Shown here in pieces: positions 14,135 through 16,724 of a stretch of DNA of 16,724 nt; the first letter of the stretch is position 1, and the number at the start of each line of letters is the position of its first letter. This stretch comes from an uncultured bacterium (lineage in GTDB: Bacteria > Schekmanbacteria > GWA2-38-11 > J061): contig CAZJVM010000055.1 in assembly GCA_964549305.1 (NCBI GenBank), positions 1-16,724 on the forward strand, written 5' to 3'. The translations under genes were made by a program, and so were the position numbers. The notes under the pieces were generated by a model. It had not been told where the DNA came from. It saw only the letters and a program-made list of their open reading frames with translations, and ran no database searches.

Positions 14135-15667
14135 TTACTCCTTTCTAAAATAATAATCCTTTATTGCCATTGCCATGTCGGGAATCGTAAATTTTTCGGG
14201 CTTAATATTTGCTTTCAAATCGAATTTTTCAAGCTCTTTTTCCGTAACATCGCCAATTACCGCGAAGAGGGTATTTTTTACTATATTGACCATTTGTCTT
14301 TTTCCCGCAAGTTTTACGAAACTTCTCACTGCAGAGGATGAGGTAAAGGTGATGATGTCCATATTTTTCCTTATTTGCTCATTTAAAATTTTCCTGTTTT
14401 CATAGGCGGTTACGATATCGTAAAGAGGATATTCCTTAACCTTTGCGCCAAGCGATTTCAGAGTTTCGGGAAGTAGGGGAAGTCCAATTGATGAACGAAA
14501 GAGAATAATCCTTTTTCCTGATATCTCTTTTCTTTTTAATCCTTCAAGAATTCCCTTTGAAGAATATTCCCCGGGAATGAAGTCAACTTTAAACCCCTTC
14601 TTTTGCAGATATTCACCAGTTGCCTCGCCGATCGCGCATATTCTTGCATTGAGGCGCGGTGTTTTCGTACTTCGTGCGATGATTTTCTTTTTAAAAATTT
14701 CAGCGCCTGTAACGCTTGTAAAAATGAGCCAATCCGATTTTTTTATATCATCTCTGATTTTTTGCCTTCTGCCTTTTATATTCCTTTCCTTGATTTTAAT
14801 CAGAGGAATATTTATGGCGCTTCCTCCAGACCCTCTGATTAACGAGGAGAGTTTCCCGTTTCGTTTTTCAGAACGGGTCACAAGGATTCTTTTTCCGCTT
14901 AAAGGTTTAACATAGGGAAATATTTTGTTACGCATTCGCGCCACACTACCTGCAACAAATACCGCAGGCGCCGTGATATTCATTTTTTTCGAAAGAGCGG
15001 CAATATTTTCTATATTACCTTCTGCTATTCTCTGGTTTATTAAAGTTCCATCCTGAATTAAAAGAGCGGGAGTGTTTTTTGGCACACCATTTTTAATCAA
15101 TGATGATGTGATTATTTTCAACCCCCTTACTCCCATCAGAACGACGAGAGTTGTGCCTTTTTTCTTGAGGATTTTAGCTTCTTTCCCAAGTGATGCGGTT
15201 TTACCATTCGCGAGTTTTCCCGCCGTGATTACGAGAGTTGATGAATATTTTCTGCAGGTTACGGGAATTCCCGCGGACTCGGGCACTGCGATTGCAGAGG
15301 GAACTCCGGGAATAATTTCTACGGAAATATCTCTTTCAGAGAGAAATTGAGCTTCTTCCGCGCCTCTGCCGAATAAAAAAGGGTCGCCCCCCTTGAGACG
15401 CACCACATTGTTGCCCTTTTCCGCTTCACTTAAAAGCATATAGCTTATCTCATCCTGAAGGTTATCTTTTGACCCGCTTTTTTTGCCGCAGTAAAAGAGT
15501 TTTGCCCGCGGTGAGGCATGTTTAAGAATTTCTTTATTTATCAGGCGGTCATAGAAAACGGTATCCGCCTTTTGCAGCGCCTCAACCCCTTTAAGGGTGA
15601 TGAGTTTTTCATCTCCGGGACCCGCGCCAACAAGAACAACTTTTCCCTTTTTTATTTTTTTTTTCAT
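14135..15667 (-). CDS. cobA: Fused uroporphyrinogen-III C-methyltransferase / uroporphyrinogen-III synthase (CobA-HemD)
   Basis: N-terminal LVGAGPGD, VVRLKGGDPFLFGRGAEE, IPGVPS. C-terminal HemD domain: KPLSGKRILVTR, LIFTS, AIGEAT, ITFTSSSAV, IGDVT. Confidence 0.97.
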   Translation of the reverse strand: MKKKIKKGKVVLVGAGPGDEKLITLKGVEALQKADTVFYDRLINKEILKHASPRAKLFYCGKKSGSKDNLQDEISYMLLSEAEKGNNVVRLKGGDPFLFGRGAEEAQFLSERDISVEIIPGVPSAIAVPESAGIPVTCRKYSSTLVITAGKLANGKTASLGKEAKILKKKGTTLVVLMGVRGLKIITSSLIKNGVPKNTPALLIQDGTLINQRIAEGNIENIAALSKKMNITAPAVFVAGSVARMRNKIFPYVKPLSGKRILVTRSEKRNGKLSSLIRGSGGSAINIPLIKIKERNIKGRRQKIRDDIKKSDWLIFTSVTGAEIFKKKIIARSTKTPRLNARICAIGEATGEYLQKKGFKVDFIPGEYSSKGILEGLKRKEISGKRIILFRSSIGLPLLPETLKSLGAKVKEYPLYDIVTAYENRKILNEQIRKNMDIITFTSSSAVRSFVKLAGKRQMVNIVKNTLFAVIGDVTEKELEKFDLKANIKPEKFTIPDMAMAIKDYYFRKE

Positions 15668-15680
15668 AATTTTGATTTAT

Positions 15681-16580
15681 TCAAAAAAAGTCTTTTGCCC
15701 CTTTATCAATCATTTCACTGGCAAGTTGTCTTCCGTATTCAATAGCCGATTTGATACTGCCTTCTATTTCCCCTCTCAATGATTCTTTTCCGTTCAGCGA
15801 TAAAATTTTACATTGTAAAAGGAATTTTTCTCCGCTTATGCTGCAATGTACACCCACCGGCAGATTGCATCCCGCGCCTATTTCCGAAATAAACGCTCTT
15901 TCCGCGCAAACGGAGACTCTTGTTTCATAATCGTCTATCTTGCCCGTCAATTCAGAAAGCCCGGAGTTTCCCGAAGATATTTCAATGCAGATTGCCCCTT
16001 GCCCTGCGGCAGGAATGAATATATCGGGAGAAAGATATTCGGTTATCATTTCGGAATATCCGAGGCGGATAATGCCTGCCGCGGCAAGGAGGAGTCCGTC
16101 TACTTCTCCTTCCCCGAGCTTTTTTAACCTTGTATCCACATTTCCCCTTATATTTACCACCTCTACGCCTTTGCAATTTTCAAGAATCATTGCTTTTCTT
16201 CTCGGACTCGATGTTCCGATTTTGAAACTGTCTGGAAGTGATGAGAAATTTTTATCTGATAAAGTTATAAATACATCCCTTGCATCTTCTCTTTTTAAAA
16301 AAGCTCCTGTTTCAAGCCCATCGGGCAGTATTGCTGGCATATCCTTCGTGCTGTGAATGCCCGCGTCGATTTCACCCGATAAAATTAACTCTTCAATTCT
16401 TTTGACAAAAACTCCTTTCTCCGGGTCTTTGTTTTCTTTTGAAAGAATGTCTCCTTCTGTGGTTATTCCCACAATTTCAACTTCAATGCCGCCTGCGGCT
16501 TTTTCGATTGCCTGCTTAACCATTTTCGCCTGTATGAGGGCAAGTCTGCTTTTCCTCGTACCGATTCTGATTTTTTTCAT
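15681..16580 (-). CDS. hemC: Hydroxymethylbilane synthase (porphobilinogen deaminase)
   Basis: IGTRKSRLALIQ, HSTKDMP, GTSSPRR, IRGNVDTRL, PAAGQGA, AERAF, and the cofactor Cys in AGCNLPVG. Confidence 0.98.
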   Translation of the reverse strand: MKKIRIGTRKSRLALIQAKMVKQAIEKAAGGIEVEIVGITTEGDILSKENKDPEKGVFVKRIEELILSGEIDAGIHSTKDMPAILPDGLETGAFLKREDARDVFITLSDKNFSSLPDSFKIGTSSPRRKAMILENCKGVEVVNIRGNVDTRLKKLGEGEVDGLLLAAAGIIRLGYSEMITEYLSPDIFIPAAGQGAICIEISSGNSGLSELTGKIDDYETRVSVCAERAFISEIGAGCNLPVGVHCSISGEKFLLQCKILSLNGKESLRGEIEGSIKSAIEYGRQLASEMIDKGAKDFF

Positions 16581-16723
16581 TTATCCCGTGTAATTTTCTT
16601 TCCGCAAACTTTTTCAATGAAATCGTCAATCTCACAAGCGGCGCTTTTCTTCTTTATCAATTCAAGAAGTTTACCGTCGCAAAGGTTTTTAATGATTATT
16701 TGTCGTTTTCCCGCTCTTTCCTG
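16577..16723 (-). CDS. 3' end of an upstream gene, probably precorrin-2 dehydrogenase/ferrochelatase (SirC/Met8-like); truncated by the window edge
   Basis: Open frame QERAGKRQIIIKNLCDGKLLELIKKKSAACEIDDFIEKVCGKKITRDK* whose TGA overlaps the hemC ATG (ATGA). The identity is inferred from the helical tail pattern and hem operon context only. Confidence 0.55.
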   Translation of the reverse strand, partial: QERAGKRQIIIKNLCDGKLLELIKKKSAACEIDDFIEKVCGKKITRDK

Positions 16724-16724
16724 C

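Noticed and set aside
13381-16593. Multiple short plus-strand ORFs across hemB, cobA-hemD and hemC
   Set aside because: Antisense shadows of conserved housekeeping genes.

Overview
AT-rich bacterial chromosomal window, mostly redox and tetrapyrrole genes, with no rRNA, tRNA, CRISPR array or transposase. Left to right: 5'-truncated Crp/Fnr (HcpR/Dnr-like) regulator; two adjacent structured intergenic elements; a stand-alone AsrC/Dsr-like siroheme reductase with a non-canonical Cys motif; a 55-aa membrane ORF missing from the ORF track; a membrane-anchored Mrr-like protein; a secreted protein with a putative type-1 copper site; a minus-strand Rieske / fused cytochrome b6+subunit IV / 883-aa octaheme cytochrome c operon; an FrdX-like Fe-S protein with a Crp/Fnr-type box upstream; a Methyltransf_2 protein; an MFS transporter; a PEP-CTERM protein with enhancer/IHF-like upstream sites; and hemB, cobA-hemD, hemC plus the 3' end of a probable sirC. 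The best candidates for new biology are the atypical bc-type complex with its possible detached mini-subunit and copper partner, the variant siroheme reductase within a possible HcpR-like regulon, and the structured non-coding elements at 539-898. All family assignments come from motif recognition by eye; no searches were run.
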